DNA of 64,000 nt, taken from NCBI GenBank assembly GCA_902602185.1, contig CACKPV010000002.1, positions 210,506 through 274,505 of the forward strand. Reading direction: 5' to 3'. The notes beneath the pieces are model-generated. The model searched no databases and was not told the origin of the DNA. It worked only from the letters and a program-made list of their open reading frames with translations. Shown piece by piece: positions 26,154 to 39,226 of the stretch (the stretch's first letter is position 1; every line of letters starts with the position of its first letter). The stretch comes from an uncultured SAR86 cluster bacterium (GTDB taxonomy: Bacteria; Pseudomonadota; Gammaproteobacteria; Magnimaribacterales; D2472). The position numbers were made by a program, and so were the translations under genes.

Positions 26154-27980
26154 CTACTCCACTGTGACTGACTTAGCAAGGTTACGTGGTTGGTCAAGAT
26201 CAGTGCCTCGCAAGCAAGCTACTTCATAGGCAAGAATTTGTAACGGGATGGTATAAATAATCGGAGCATTAAAGTCTCCGCACTCAGGCATGTTAATAAA
26301 TTTTCCTTTTTTAATTTCGATGGTGGAACGATTATTACCGAAGACATAAAGTGTGCCCCCACGGGCTTTAACTTCCTCGAGATTGGAAAGCAGTTTCTCA
26401 ACCAAGCTATCCTCTGGGGCAACTGCTACAACGGGGATATCTTCATCAACCAGAGCTAATGGACCGTGTTTTAACTCCCCTGCAGGGTAAGCCTCGGCAT
26501 GAATATAAGAAATCTCTTTGAGCTTCAATGCGCCTTCCTGCGCAATGGGAAAGTACATGCCTCGACCTAAAAACAGAGAATTTTCTTTTTCTGAAATATT
26601 TTTTGTAATGTAATTTATATCTTCCAGTAGCTCGAAAGCCTCTTGGATGAGCGCAGGAGTATTACGTAAATCTTGGACGGCTTGTTGGCGTAGTTCAGTA
26701 TTTTTGTTTTGACTCTTAGCAATAGCAACAGCAAGCATAAGCAAGGCAGCAAGTTGGGTAGTAAAAGCTTTGGTTGATGCCACTCCAATTTCTGGTCCGG
26801 CATTCGTAAAAATTTTCCAATCCGACTCTCTGGCCATTGTGCTGGTGGGAACATTGCAAATAGTTACCGTACCCAAATATTCTTTTTGTTTTGCATATTC
26901 AAGAGCGGCTAAAGTATCAGCAGTTTCTCCAGATTGTGAAATACAGACAAATAAGGTGTTATTTTCTACCAACGGATTACGATAACGATACTCACTAGCA
27001 AAATCGACATAGCAAGGTGTCTCACAAATTCTTTCGAACCAAGATCTTGCTACTTTAGCAGCATGTAAACTGGTCCCGCATGCTACGAATTGAATGCGTT
27101 TAATGTCAGCAAAGGCTTTGCTAGAGTCGATGCCAAAAATATTGTCAGCAACATCCATTTCTAGAAGACGTCCGTCAATAGTATTAGCTACAGCTTCGGG
27201 CTGCTCATAAATTTCTTTTTCCATATAATGCTTATAATTTCCCTTGCTTGTAGCAGTCGCAGTAGCATCAATTACAGTTTCTTTCCGATCTACAGAATGG
27301 CCGTTGGCATCAAAGATATTAATATCATGCTTTGTAATATGGGCAAACTCATCGTCCTCTAATAAAAAAAATTGCTCAGTAATATTGATAATTGAAAGGG
27401 GGTCTGAAGCAACAAAATTTTCTTCAATACCTTGCCCTACTAAAAGTGGGCTCTTATGCCTAGCAGCAAAAATACTACCTTTGACTGAAGCATCAATCAT
27501 TGCAATTGCATAAGCCCCTCGCAAATCCTGAGTTGCATTCATTAAAGCTTTAAGGGAATCTTGAGTAGTTTGTTTGTGAAAGTGAATAAGGTGAGCAATT
27601 AACTCGGAATCAGTTTCTGATTTCATTGTGTAACCAGCATCGGTAAGTTGCTTTTTTAGTTCGCTGTGATTTTCAATGATGCCATTGTGAACGATAAATA
27701 TCTCTTCATGAGAATCATGCGGGTGAGCATTTTGTTTGCTGGGTTGTCCATGGGTGGCCCATCGGGTATGAGCAATGCCTGACTTTGCTTTGGGTTTATG
27801 CTCAATCATCAGAGATTCTAGCTCAGCAACTTTACCCAGTGCTCGCAGTCGGACTATCTGATCTTTTTGGTGAAGAGCTACTCCGGCAGAGTCATAGCCA
27901 CGATATTCCATTAAATGCAGTCCTTTTATGAGAATTTTGCCAACACTTCGTGATGAAGTTGCCCCAATAATGCCACACAT
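26154..27980 (-). CDS. glmS: Glutamine--fructose-6-phosphate aminotransferase
   Basis: 608 aa. MCGIIG N-terminal nucleophile, SIS domains, canonical C-terminus LAKSVTVE. Confidence 0.97.
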   Translation of the reverse strand: MCGIIGATSSRSVGKILIKGLHLMEYRGYDSAGVALHQKDQIVRLRALGKVAELESLMIEHKPKAKSGIAHTRWATHGQPSKQNAHPHDSHEEIFIVHNGIIENHSELKKQLTDAGYTMKSETDSELIAHLIHFHKQTTQDSLKALMNATQDLRGAYAIAMIDASVKGSIFAARHKSPLLVGQGIEENFVASDPLSIINITEQFFLLEDDEFAHITKHDINIFDANGHSVDRKETVIDATATATSKGNYKHYMEKEIYEQPEAVANTIDGRLLEMDVADNIFGIDSSKAFADIKRIQFVACGTSLHAAKVARSWFERICETPCYVDFASEYRYRNPLVENNTLFVCISQSGETADTLAALEYAKQKEYLGTVTICNVPTSTMARESDWKIFTNAGPEIGVASTKAFTTQLAALLMLAVAIAKSQNKNTELRQQAVQDLRNTPALIQEAFELLEDINYITKNISEKENSLFLGRGMYFPIAQEGALKLKEISYIHAEAYPAGELKHGPLALVDEDIPVVAVAPEDSLVEKLLSNLEEVKARGGTLYVFGNNRSTIEIKKGKFINMPECGDFNAPIIYTIPLQILAYEVACLRGTDLDQPRNLAKSVTVE

Positions 27981-27982
27981 AA

Positions 27983-29329
27983 TTATTTCTTCTTAGACCA
28001 ATTTTCTTTGGTAGTTTGCTTACTTCGTCCAACACCCAAAGCATCGTCTGGAATATCTTTAGTTATTGTTGACCCAGCTCCGACATAAGCATTTTTACCA
28101 ATATTTATTGGTGCTACTAGTGAAGAGTTGGTGCCAATAAAAGCACCCTCTTTGATTTTAGTGGGATGTTTTTCCTTACCATCATAGTTGCAAGTGATGG
28201 TGCCGGCACCTATGTTGACATTGTTTTCAATGATTGCATCCCCCAAATAGGACAAATGACTTGCTTTGGAACCCTCTGCGATAGAAGTTTTTTTAGTTTC
28301 AACAAAGTTTCCTATTTTGACAGCATTCTCAAGCACCGTGCCCTCTCGCAGCCTTGCATATGGCCCCACAGAACAATTGGCACCAATGTTTGCGTTGCAA
28401 ATATGCGAAAAGGGTTGAATTGAAGTATTATCACCTATTACTGTATCTTCAATGTAAGTATTGGGGCCAATTACAACGTTGTTGCCCAGCTCAACTTTGC
28501 CCACCAAAATTGCGTTAACATCAATCAAACAGTCTTTGCCTGCAGTCACATCTCCTCTGACATCAACTCTGTTTTGATCAACAAGTGTAATGCCCATGTC
28601 TAATAAATCTTTTGCTTTCATTTGTCTTAAAGTCTTCTCCAATACCTCTAATTCGGCTCGAGTGTTGGCTCCTAAAGTTTCCTCAGCAGGCACTTGAAGT
28701 CTCTCAATTTTAAACCCTTTTTCACTTAAAATCTTTATAAGATCAGTCAGGTAATACTCTCCGGCATTATTTTTATTACGAATAAGCGATAGGTAGTTAT
28801 GCAAAAGTTCCCCGGCTACGACCATAACTCCTGTAAATACCTCTTGTTCTTGCAACTGCGAAGGGTCGGCATCTTTTTCTTCGACAATGCCCACTGCATG
28901 TCCGTTTTCATCTTTCAGAACCCTGCCATATCCAGAGGGATCATCTAAACAGGTTGTTAGAATGGTTGGTTGTTGTTGTGCAAATAATTTTTCCATAGTT
29001 TCTGTGCGAATCAGTGGAACATCTCCGTATAAGATTAGTATTTTGTCCGTTTGCCCAATTCTCGGAAGTGCAGACTTCACAGCATCGGCAGTACCAATTT
29101 GCTCTAGTTGCTCAACACAAGCAGCTTCAATCGAAGCAGTTTGAAGCTCTTGTTTAACACTTTCCATGTCAAAACCCACAACGAGAGTTAGCTGATCGGC
29201 AATAAGATTAGCTTTTTGAAGTATGTGGGCAAGCATGGTTTTGCCACCAAGGAACTGTAAAACTTTTGCTTTCTCTGAAAGCATTCTGGTGCCTTTTCCG
29301 CCGGCTAGAATTATGGAATGTTTGTTCAA
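27983..29329 (-). CDS. glmU: Bifunctional GlcNAc-1-P uridyltransferase / GlcN-1-P acetyltransferase
   Basis: 448 aa. LAGGKGTRM motif and C-terminal hexapeptide repeats. Position between atpC and glmS. Confidence 0.95.
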   Translation of the reverse strand: MNKHSIILAGGKGTRMLSEKAKVLQFLGGKTMLAHILQKANLIADQLTLVVGFDMESVKQELQTASIEAACVEQLEQIGTADAVKSALPRIGQTDKILILYGDVPLIRTETMEKLFAQQQPTILTTCLDDPSGYGRVLKDENGHAVGIVEEKDADPSQLQEQEVFTGVMVVAGELLHNYLSLIRNKNNAGEYYLTDLIKILSEKGFKIERLQVPAEETLGANTRAELEVLEKTLRQMKAKDLLDMGITLVDQNRVDVRGDVTAGKDCLIDVNAILVGKVELGNNVVIGPNTYIEDTVIGDNTSIQPFSHICNANIGANCSVGPYARLREGTVLENAVKIGNFVETKKTSIAEGSKASHLSYLGDAIIENNVNIGAGTITCNYDGKEKHPTKIKEGAFIGTNSSLVAPINIGKNAYVGAGSTITKDIPDDALGVGRSKQTTKENWSKKK

Positions 29330-29353
29330 GTTTGTATTTAAGTTAAATTAATA

Positions 29354-32020
<2,667 letters not shown>

Positions 32021-32028
32021 AAATCAAC

Positions 32029-33573
32029 TTAATAAGTTTGGGTTTTCTTAAAATCTTCTACAAAATCGGTAAATTGCTTCTCGATATCATCATCCCAATC
32101 CCCGGTTTCGTTAATTTGTTTTTTAAGCTCAGCCTTCTCAGAGTCAAAATAGGCAAGCAAGGCTCCTTCAAAATCGATAACTTTGTCTATTTCAACGTCT
32201 TTCATATAGCCCCTACTTGCTGCAAATAAGCTCATAGCTTGATCGGCCACACTCATGGGCGAGTATTGTTTTTGTTTTAGCAGTTCTGTGATTCTCTTAC
32301 CATGTTCAAGTTGTTCTTTGGTTGCTTCATCGAGATCTGATGCGAACTGTGAAAAAGCTGCAAGTTCACGGTACTGAGCTAAATCGGTTCTTATCCCACC
32401 ACTAAGTTTTTTGATAATTTTAGTTTGAGCTGATCCCCCGACTCTTGATACTGAAAGCCCTGGGTCAATAGCAGGCCTGATGCCTGAATTAAATAAGTCT
32501 GTTTCCAAAAATATTTGTCCATCTGTGATTGAGATAACGTTTGTTGGCACGAATGCTGATACATCTCCTGCCTGTGTTTCAATAATGGGAAGTGCTGTCA
32601 ATGATCCAGTTTGACCTTTAACTTTGCCATCTGTAACTTTTTCTACATATTCAGCATTTACCCGAGCAGCTCTCTCTAGCAACCTTGAGTGAAGATAAAA
32701 AACATCGCCTGGAAAAGCTTCTCTTCCAGGGGGTCTTCTCAATAACAGAGAAATTTCTCTATATGCAACTGCTTGCTTAGATAGGTCATCATAAACGATT
32801 AGGGCATCTTCCCCAGTGTCTCTAAAATATTCACCCATAGCACAACCAGAATATGCAGACAAATATTGCATCGCAGCTGGATCTGCTGCAGCTGCAGAAA
32901 CCACAATAGTGTGCTCCATAGCTCCATACTCTTCCAACTTGGCAACTACATTGGCTATAGTTGATTGTTTTTGTCCTATTGCCACATAAATACATTTTAT
33001 GCCTGTACCTTTTTGATTGATGATGGCATCAATAGCAACGGCTGTTTTTCCAGTTTGTCGATCTCCTATAATTAATTCTCTCTGACCCCGACCAATGGGC
33101 ACCATTGCATCGATGGACTTGAGGCCGATCTGTACGGGTTGATCCACAGACTGCCTAGCAATAACTCCAGGGGCAACTACCTCAATAGGTGCAGTAAGTT
33201 TAGTTTTGATTTCGCCTTTACCATCGATTGGATTTCCCAAAGCGTCTACTACTCTTCCAAGCATACCCTCACCAACAGGAACCTCTAAAATACGTCCAGT
33301 ACAACTGACTTTTTGCCCCTCGCTTAAGCCTAAGTAATCCCCCAACACCACAGCCCCAACAGAATCTTGCTCTAAATTTAATGCTAAACCAAAAACACCG
33401 TTTTCAAACTCTATAAGCTCTCCGTACATTACATCACCCATACCATGTATTCTGATAATTCCATCAGATACATTGACAATAGTGCCCTCATTTTTTGTTG
33501 TTGCTTTTAGATCAAGTCCCGCAATTTTATCCTTGAGGACGCTTGAAATTTCTGATGGGTTCAATTGACTCAT
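32029..33573 (-). CDS. atpA: F1 ATP synthase alpha subunit
   Basis: 514 aa. Walker A GDRQTGKT. Confidence 0.97.
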   Translation of the reverse strand: MSQLNPSEISSVLKDKIAGLDLKATTKNEGTIVNVSDGIIRIHGMGDVMYGELIEFENGVFGLALNLEQDSVGAVVLGDYLGLSEGQKVSCTGRILEVPVGEGMLGRVVDALGNPIDGKGEIKTKLTAPIEVVAPGVIARQSVDQPVQIGLKSIDAMVPIGRGQRELIIGDRQTGKTAVAIDAIINQKGTGIKCIYVAIGQKQSTIANVVAKLEEYGAMEHTIVVSAAAADPAAMQYLSAYSGCAMGEYFRDTGEDALIVYDDLSKQAVAYREISLLLRRPPGREAFPGDVFYLHSRLLERAARVNAEYVEKVTDGKVKGQTGSLTALPIIETQAGDVSAFVPTNVISITDGQIFLETDLFNSGIRPAIDPGLSVSRVGGSAQTKIIKKLSGGIRTDLAQYRELAAFSQFASDLDEATKEQLEHGKRITELLKQKQYSPMSVADQAMSLFAASRGYMKDVEIDKVIDFEGALLAYFDSEKAELKKQINETGDWDDDIEKQFTDFVEDFKKTQTY

Positions 33574-33582
33574 TTCTTCACC

Positions 33583-34116
33583 TTAAATGTTTAATTGGTT
33601 TACTAATTTTTTTAATCTTCCTTTGATGGAGAGATCTAATACCTCATCTCCTGATTGAATAACAAAGCCTCCTATTAAAGAATCTACTTCGTCAAAAACT
33701 ATGTTGGTACTGTCTCCCTCTTTTCTCAATAGTTTGTCTTTAATCACTTGTTTTGCAGCCTCAGAAACACCCATTGGAACAGTTACTGAGACATTCTTTT
33801 GCTTTTTATGCTCTTCATAAAGCGCCAAATATGCTGAATACAGTTCTGGCAACATTGCTACTCGGTTGTTTTCTGTCAACACATTTAATAAATTAGCAGT
33901 TAGTTTGCCCAACTCTGCTTTAAAGAGATCTTTTAATATTGCTCCAACCTTTTGTCTTTCCGTTGGGTCCTCAATCATGCTTATAATTTGATCTGTTTGG
34001 GAGGCTTGGGAGAGCAATGCAACTTCATTTGCAACAGCGTCCTCTTGTTGTGTTTCAAGGGCGGCTTTGAAAAGGGCTTTTGCATACGGTCGGGCTTGAG
34101 GTGTAAGGTCTGCCAA
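33583..34116 (-). CDS. atpH: F1 ATP synthase delta subunit
   Basis: TTG start at 34116 (M-ADLTPQARPYAKALF) with AAGGAG 7 nt upstream, just after the atpF stop. The track ORF extension to 34182 overlaps atpF. Confidence 0.85.
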   Translation of the reverse strand: MADLTPQARPYAKALFKAALETQQEDAVANEVALLSQASQTDQIISMIEDPTERQKVGAILKDLFKAELGKLTANLLNVLTENNRVAMLPELYSAYLALYEEHKKQKNVSVTVPMGVSEAAKQVIKDKLLRKEGDSTNIVFDEVDSLIGGFVIQSGDEVLDLSIKGRLKKLVNQLNI

Positions 34117-34117
34117 C

Positions 34118-34588
34118 TTAAATCTCCTTTGCAGCCTTTTTAATAAGCTCTTCATGTTTGCCAGGATCAATCTCGGCATCAATGATTTTTTGAGCAGTGT
34201 CTACAACAATTTCAGAAAGATCAGATCGCAGCTGTTCTTTTGTTTTGTTAATTTCATTCTCCAGATTTTTTGACCCGCTGGTAATTATTTTTTCGGCCTC
34301 ATCTTCAGCTTTTGATTTGGCATCGCCAACAATTTGAGTGGCTCTAGCATTGGCCTTCTCGATAATCTCGGCAGCTTGTTTTTTTGCACCCTCTAACTCT
34401 TTTGCTGAAGCAAGTTTGGCCTCTTCCAGAGAGTCATCAGCTTTTTTTGCAGCCTCCAACCCATCTGCAATCCTTTTTTCTCGCTCATTCATCATAGAAA
34501 GAATGGGTGGCCACACATACCGGTAGCAAATAAAAACAAACACAACAAATATGAAAGTTTGTGCTAAAAGCGTGGCATTAATGTTCAT
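34118..34588 (-). CDS. atpF: F0 ATP synthase subunit b
   Basis: 156 aa. One N-terminal TM segment, then a charged helix. Confidence 0.9.
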   Translation of the reverse strand: MNINATLLAQTFIFVVFVFICYRYVWPPILSMMNEREKRIADGLEAAKKADDSLEEAKLASAKELEGAKKQAAEIIEKANARATQIVGDAKSKAEDEAEKIITSGSKNLENEINKTKEQLRSDLSEIVVDTAQKIIDAEIDPGKHEELIKKAAKEI

Positions 34589-34591
34589 TAT

Positions 34592-35721
<1,130 letters not shown>

Positions 35722-35777
35722 TTATTCAGAAATTAAGGCGATTATAAAAAGATAATCTTGATGAAACAAGCAATATT

Positions 35778-36614
35778 CTAAAGTTTAAGCAGTTTTTCAA
35801 TTATAGCCTCAAGCTCGTCTTTATTAAAATATTGGACCACTATCCTACCAGTGTTTTTGGTTTTGGCTTCGATAGTGGTTTTATGACCAAACTTATCGCT
35901 TATCTCGTCTTCAATATTGAGCGTGTCTCTTGATTTAATTTTGCCAGAGGCTGCAGTTTTTTTTGGTTTTAAAAGCGCCTCTAATTGCCTTATGGTCAAA
36001 CCCTCTTTAGCAACCCGGTTGCCCAAACCTTCAGCCTGTGAAGGGGGCAAGCCGGTCAATATCTTAGCGTGTCCTTTTTCAATTTTTCCCTGTTGAAGCA
36101 GTTTAAGGACAGCTTCGGTTAATGAAAGCAATCGTAAAGAGTTTGCAACTGTGCTTCTTGCCTTGCCCGTTGCCTCCGAAACCTCTTCTTGAGTCAACCC
36201 AAACTCTCTTTTTAGGCGGTCATACCCTTTTGCTTCTTCGACGGGGTTTAAATCTTCTCTCTGAAGGTTCTCGATTAGTGCCATTTCAAGAACCTCTTGC
36301 TCTTGGGGTTGTCGCATAATAGCTGGTACAGCCTCAAGCCCTGCAGCCTGAGCAGCTCTAAACCGTCTTTCTCCTGCAATAATTTCATACTTTTCTAACC
36401 CCATTTCTCTAACAATTATAGGGTTTAAAACGCCGTGTTTTTTTATGGATTCGGCAAGCTCATCTATTTTCACTTGATCAAATTCTTCTCTGGGCTGAAA
36501 ACGATTAGGAGATATTTTTTTTAAATCAATTTCTAATGACCCCTTAGGTTTTTTTGCGCTGCCTAAAAGCACATCGAGGCCACGATCTAAAGATTTGTTT
36601 TCATCCATTATCAA
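35778..36614 (-). CDS. parB: Chromosome partitioning protein ParB
   Basis: 278 aa. RGLDVLLG and GERRFRAA motifs. Confidence 0.9.
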   Translation of the reverse strand: MIMDENKSLDRGLDVLLGSAKKPKGSLEIDLKKISPNRFQPREEFDQVKIDELAESIKKHGVLNPIIVREMGLEKYEIIAGERRFRAAQAAGLEAVPAIMRQPQEQEVLEMALIENLQREDLNPVEEAKGYDRLKREFGLTQEEVSEATGKARSTVANSLRLLSLTEAVLKLLQQGKIEKGHAKILTGLPPSQAEGLGNRVAKEGLTIRQLEALLKPKKTAASGKIKSRDTLNIEDEISDKFGHKTTIEAKTKNTGRIVVQYFNKDELEAIIEKLLKL

Positions 36615-37363
36615 TTCTCCTTATCAATTCTCCTGCCAAAGCTAAATACGCCAAGGCACCAAATGACTTAGGGCTGTGTAACAGTGCAGACCTCCCAAAA
36701 CTTGGTGCCTCGGCAAGCTTAACATTTCGCGGTATTAAGGTGTTAAGTAAAAGTTGAGAAAAATGTTTTTCGAGCTCGTTCGAAACCTCTCTAGCTAAAT
36801 TGTTGCGCATATCAACCATGGTTCTGAGTATGCCAACGACCCTGTTCTTAGAGTTGGTAGTTTCTGAAAGCGAGCTGATAGTTTTTACAAGGTCTGAAAG
36901 GCCCTCTAGGGAGTAATATTCACACTGAAGGGGGATAATGGTTCCTGTAGAGGCCAAAAGAGCTTCCAAGGTAAGCTGATTGAGGGTTGGGGGGGGTGTC
37001 AATAATAATAAAGTCGTATTGGTCTTTAATTAGCTTGATCTGGTTAGTCAAAAAACCTTGCTTTCCTTGATCTCTAATCCCGACTTCCAAAGCAATTAAG
37101 TCTTGCCCACCAGGAACCATGGAAAAACCCTCTTTACCCCTTTCTACCAAGTTGTTTATGGGGACATCTTCAAACAGGCTGGTGTATAGGGTTGGGTGTT
37201 GGTTTTTGACAACCCCGCAAGCAGAGGTGGCGTTGCCTTGTGAATCAAGATCAATTAACAAAACCTTTCTTTTGGTTCTGGCAAGGGCTGCGCTTAGGTT
37301 TACAGCTGTTGTTGTCTTTCCAACCCCTCCTTTTTGATTTGCCACGGAAATAGTTCTATTCAT
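36601..37363 (-). pseudogene. parA: ParA/Soj partition ATPase, reading frame broken in a C8 (plus-strand G8) homopolymer at 36989-36996
   Basis: Track ORFs 36920..37363 (KGGVGKTTT..YDFIIIDTPP) and 36601..37002 (TPPPTLNQLTLEALLAS..) are the two halves. Seven instead of eight C would read IIDTPPTLNQLTLEAL. Confidence 0.85.
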
Positions 37364-37913
37364 TTATGATTTTTATAATAAACCTCTCTTTGGTTGAGTC
37401 CATTTTAATTATCTCATGGTTTTTGTTGAGGATGTTTGCCTCTACCAGCTCTTTTTGAAAAACCTCCTCTCGCCCCTTTAGAAAATAAACCGAGAAAGGT
37501 TTGTGCACCATACTGTCCAACAAATGGAGCGTGTCTTTTATCGTTTTGAATGCTTTTGTGGTTATGGCTTGTACTTTAATTTTTTTGTTTTTGGGCAGCT
37601 GCGAAAACACCTCAACGTTTGAGAGTTGTGTTGCTCTTATCATTCTTTTAAGGTGGTATGCTTTTTTTTTATTGCTTTCGCCCAAAAGGATTTTGGCTGC
37701 AGGGATTTTGGTGGCAAGTGTAATGCCAACCAAGCCAGAGCCAGCACCAAGGTCTAAAATACTTTGTTTGTCTTGAAGGATGAGGGCAAGTTGGGCTCCC
37801 TCTTTAACAGATTCTTCGACTTGTTGATTTAAAGACCCCCTAGCTATAAGGTTGTGTTTTTTGTTGAAAAGCTTTATTTCCTCTATTGCTTTTTTTATAG
37901 GTTCTTCTGTCAA
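37356..37913 (-). CDS. rsmG: 16S rRNA (guanine527-N7)-methyltransferase
   Basis: 185 aa. SAM motif ILDLGAGSGLVGITLA. Conserved position next to parA. Confidence 0.75.
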   Translation of the reverse strand: MTEEPIKKAIEEIKLFNKKHNLIARGSLNQQVEESVKEGAQLALILQDKQSILDLGAGSGLVGITLATKIPAAKILLGESNKKKAYHLKRMIRATQLSNVEVFSQLPKNKKIKVQAITTKAFKTIKDTLHLLDSMVHKPFSVYFLKGREEVFQKELVEANILNKNHEIIKMDSTKERFIIKIINE

Positions 37914-37915
37914 TT

Positions 37916-39226
37916 TTAGGTATGTGTTGTTGTTTTGTTTTTTAGTTTTCGGAAGGCCTCTTTGTCTTCTCTTGCGTCTCTTCTAAACGCAGAGAATAAC
38001 CCCATTTTTAGGTTTGGTGTCTTGTTGTTCCCCATTCTTTTTATTTGTTGATAAAACCAAGCTTGGGCACCAAAAGCATTTAGGGCTTGTATTAACCTAA
38101 AGGGGCTAGATGGAGAAAGGGGGCCGGGGCCAAGCGAAAGAGTTTTTTCATATGATGGTAAATGGTCGATCTTTCCCTCAAGCAGGTCTTTGATGGCAAA
38201 AGGGTTTGCACACAAAGGTCTTCCGACCCCAATTATTTCACAAGCCCTGCTTTTGATAGCTCTTTCCATGCCCTCTTTTGTCCTAAACCCTCCGGTAACC
38301 ATCAAGGGGACTGTTGTGTGTTTTTTGATGTCTTCGGCATATTTAAGAAAGTAGGCCTCCCTTGCTATAGTGCTGTTTTTTCTTATCTCACTTCTTTTGG
38401 GCTGAACGCTGACTTTGTCCAAGCCTAAAAGCTTGGGTTGTTCATAAGTGCCGCCGGAAACTTCTATGTTGTCAACTCCTGCCGACTCTATAATCTTAGC
38501 TGCTACAACAGCCTCTTCTGGTGTAAGTCCTCCTTTCTGAAAATCTGCAGAGTTCATTTTTACTGAAATCGGAAAGTCTGAGCCTAGCTCTTGTCTTATA
38601 CTCTTAATTATTTCTACATGTATTCTGGTCCTGTTTTCAATTGATCCTCCCCACTCATCATTTCTAAGGTTTATGTCGGGCGATAAAAACTCCGAAAGAA
38701 GATAGCCGTGTGCGGAGTGGATCTGCACCCCCGTAAACCCGGATTCGCGGGCTACTTTGGCAACAAAAGTAAATTTCTTAATAATCTCTTTGATTTCTGT
38801 TGGTGTTAATGCTTTTGGTTTCCCAAATTTTTTGCCAGGTATTTTTAAGGGAACGGATGAGGGGGCTTTTGGAGAAGTATTAATCTCTCCAGGTGTTTGT
38901 CTGCCTGCATGGGATACTTGCATCCACAAGTGTGTGTTGTTCCTGGTGCCTTCTTCTGCCCATTTTTTTAAAAAGGGTAGTTGTTCCTTGTAAGTGTTTT
39001 CTTCGATACAGACATTAGCTGGTCCCTCTAGGTGGTTTCTGTCAATTTGCACATTACCGGTTAACAAAACACCTATCTCTCCCTCTGACCAAGTTCTGTA
39101 TAGCTTTAAGTGTTTTTGGTTGGCAAAATTATCGGCTCTAGCAATCCTTTCTGTCATAGCTGCTTTACAAATTCTGTTTTTAATTGATTTGCCACAAGGG
39201 AGAAGAACTTTATCTTTAAGATTCAT
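37916..39226 (-). CDS. NADH:flavin oxidoreductase, Old Yellow Enzyme family
   Basis: 436 aa. HSAHGYLLSEFLSP, VTGGF, GVGRP motifs. Confidence 0.85.
   Translation of the reverse strand: MNLKDKVLLPCGKSIKNRICKAAMTERIARADNFANQKHLKLYRTWSEGEIGVLLTGNVQIDRNHLEGPANVCIEENTYKEQLPFLKKWAEEGTRNNTHLWMQVSHAGRQTPGEINTSPKAPSSVPLKIPGKKFGKPKALTPTEIKEIIKKFTFVAKVARESGFTGVQIHSAHGYLLSEFLSPDINLRNDEWGGSIENRTRIHVEIIKSIRQELGSDFPISVKMNSADFQKGGLTPEEAVVAAKIIESAGVDNIEVSGGTYEQPKLLGLDKVSVQPKRSEIRKNSTIAREAYFLKYAEDIKKHTTVPLMVTGGFRTKEGMERAIKSRACEIIGVGRPLCANPFAIKDLLEGKIDHLPSYEKTLSLGPGPLSPSSPFRLIQALNAFGAQAWFYQQIKRMGNNKTPNLKMGLFSAFRRDAREDKEAFRKLKNKTTTHT

Noticed and set aside
23628-26171. Integron-like cassette array (CALIN) with the repeats acting as attC sites
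   Set aside because: The repeats lack the RYYYAAC / GTTRRRY R-box pair; GTTACGG does not fit. They have no extended imperfect attC palindrome of 60-140 nt, and no intI is present. The resemblance to the glmS terminus explains them better.
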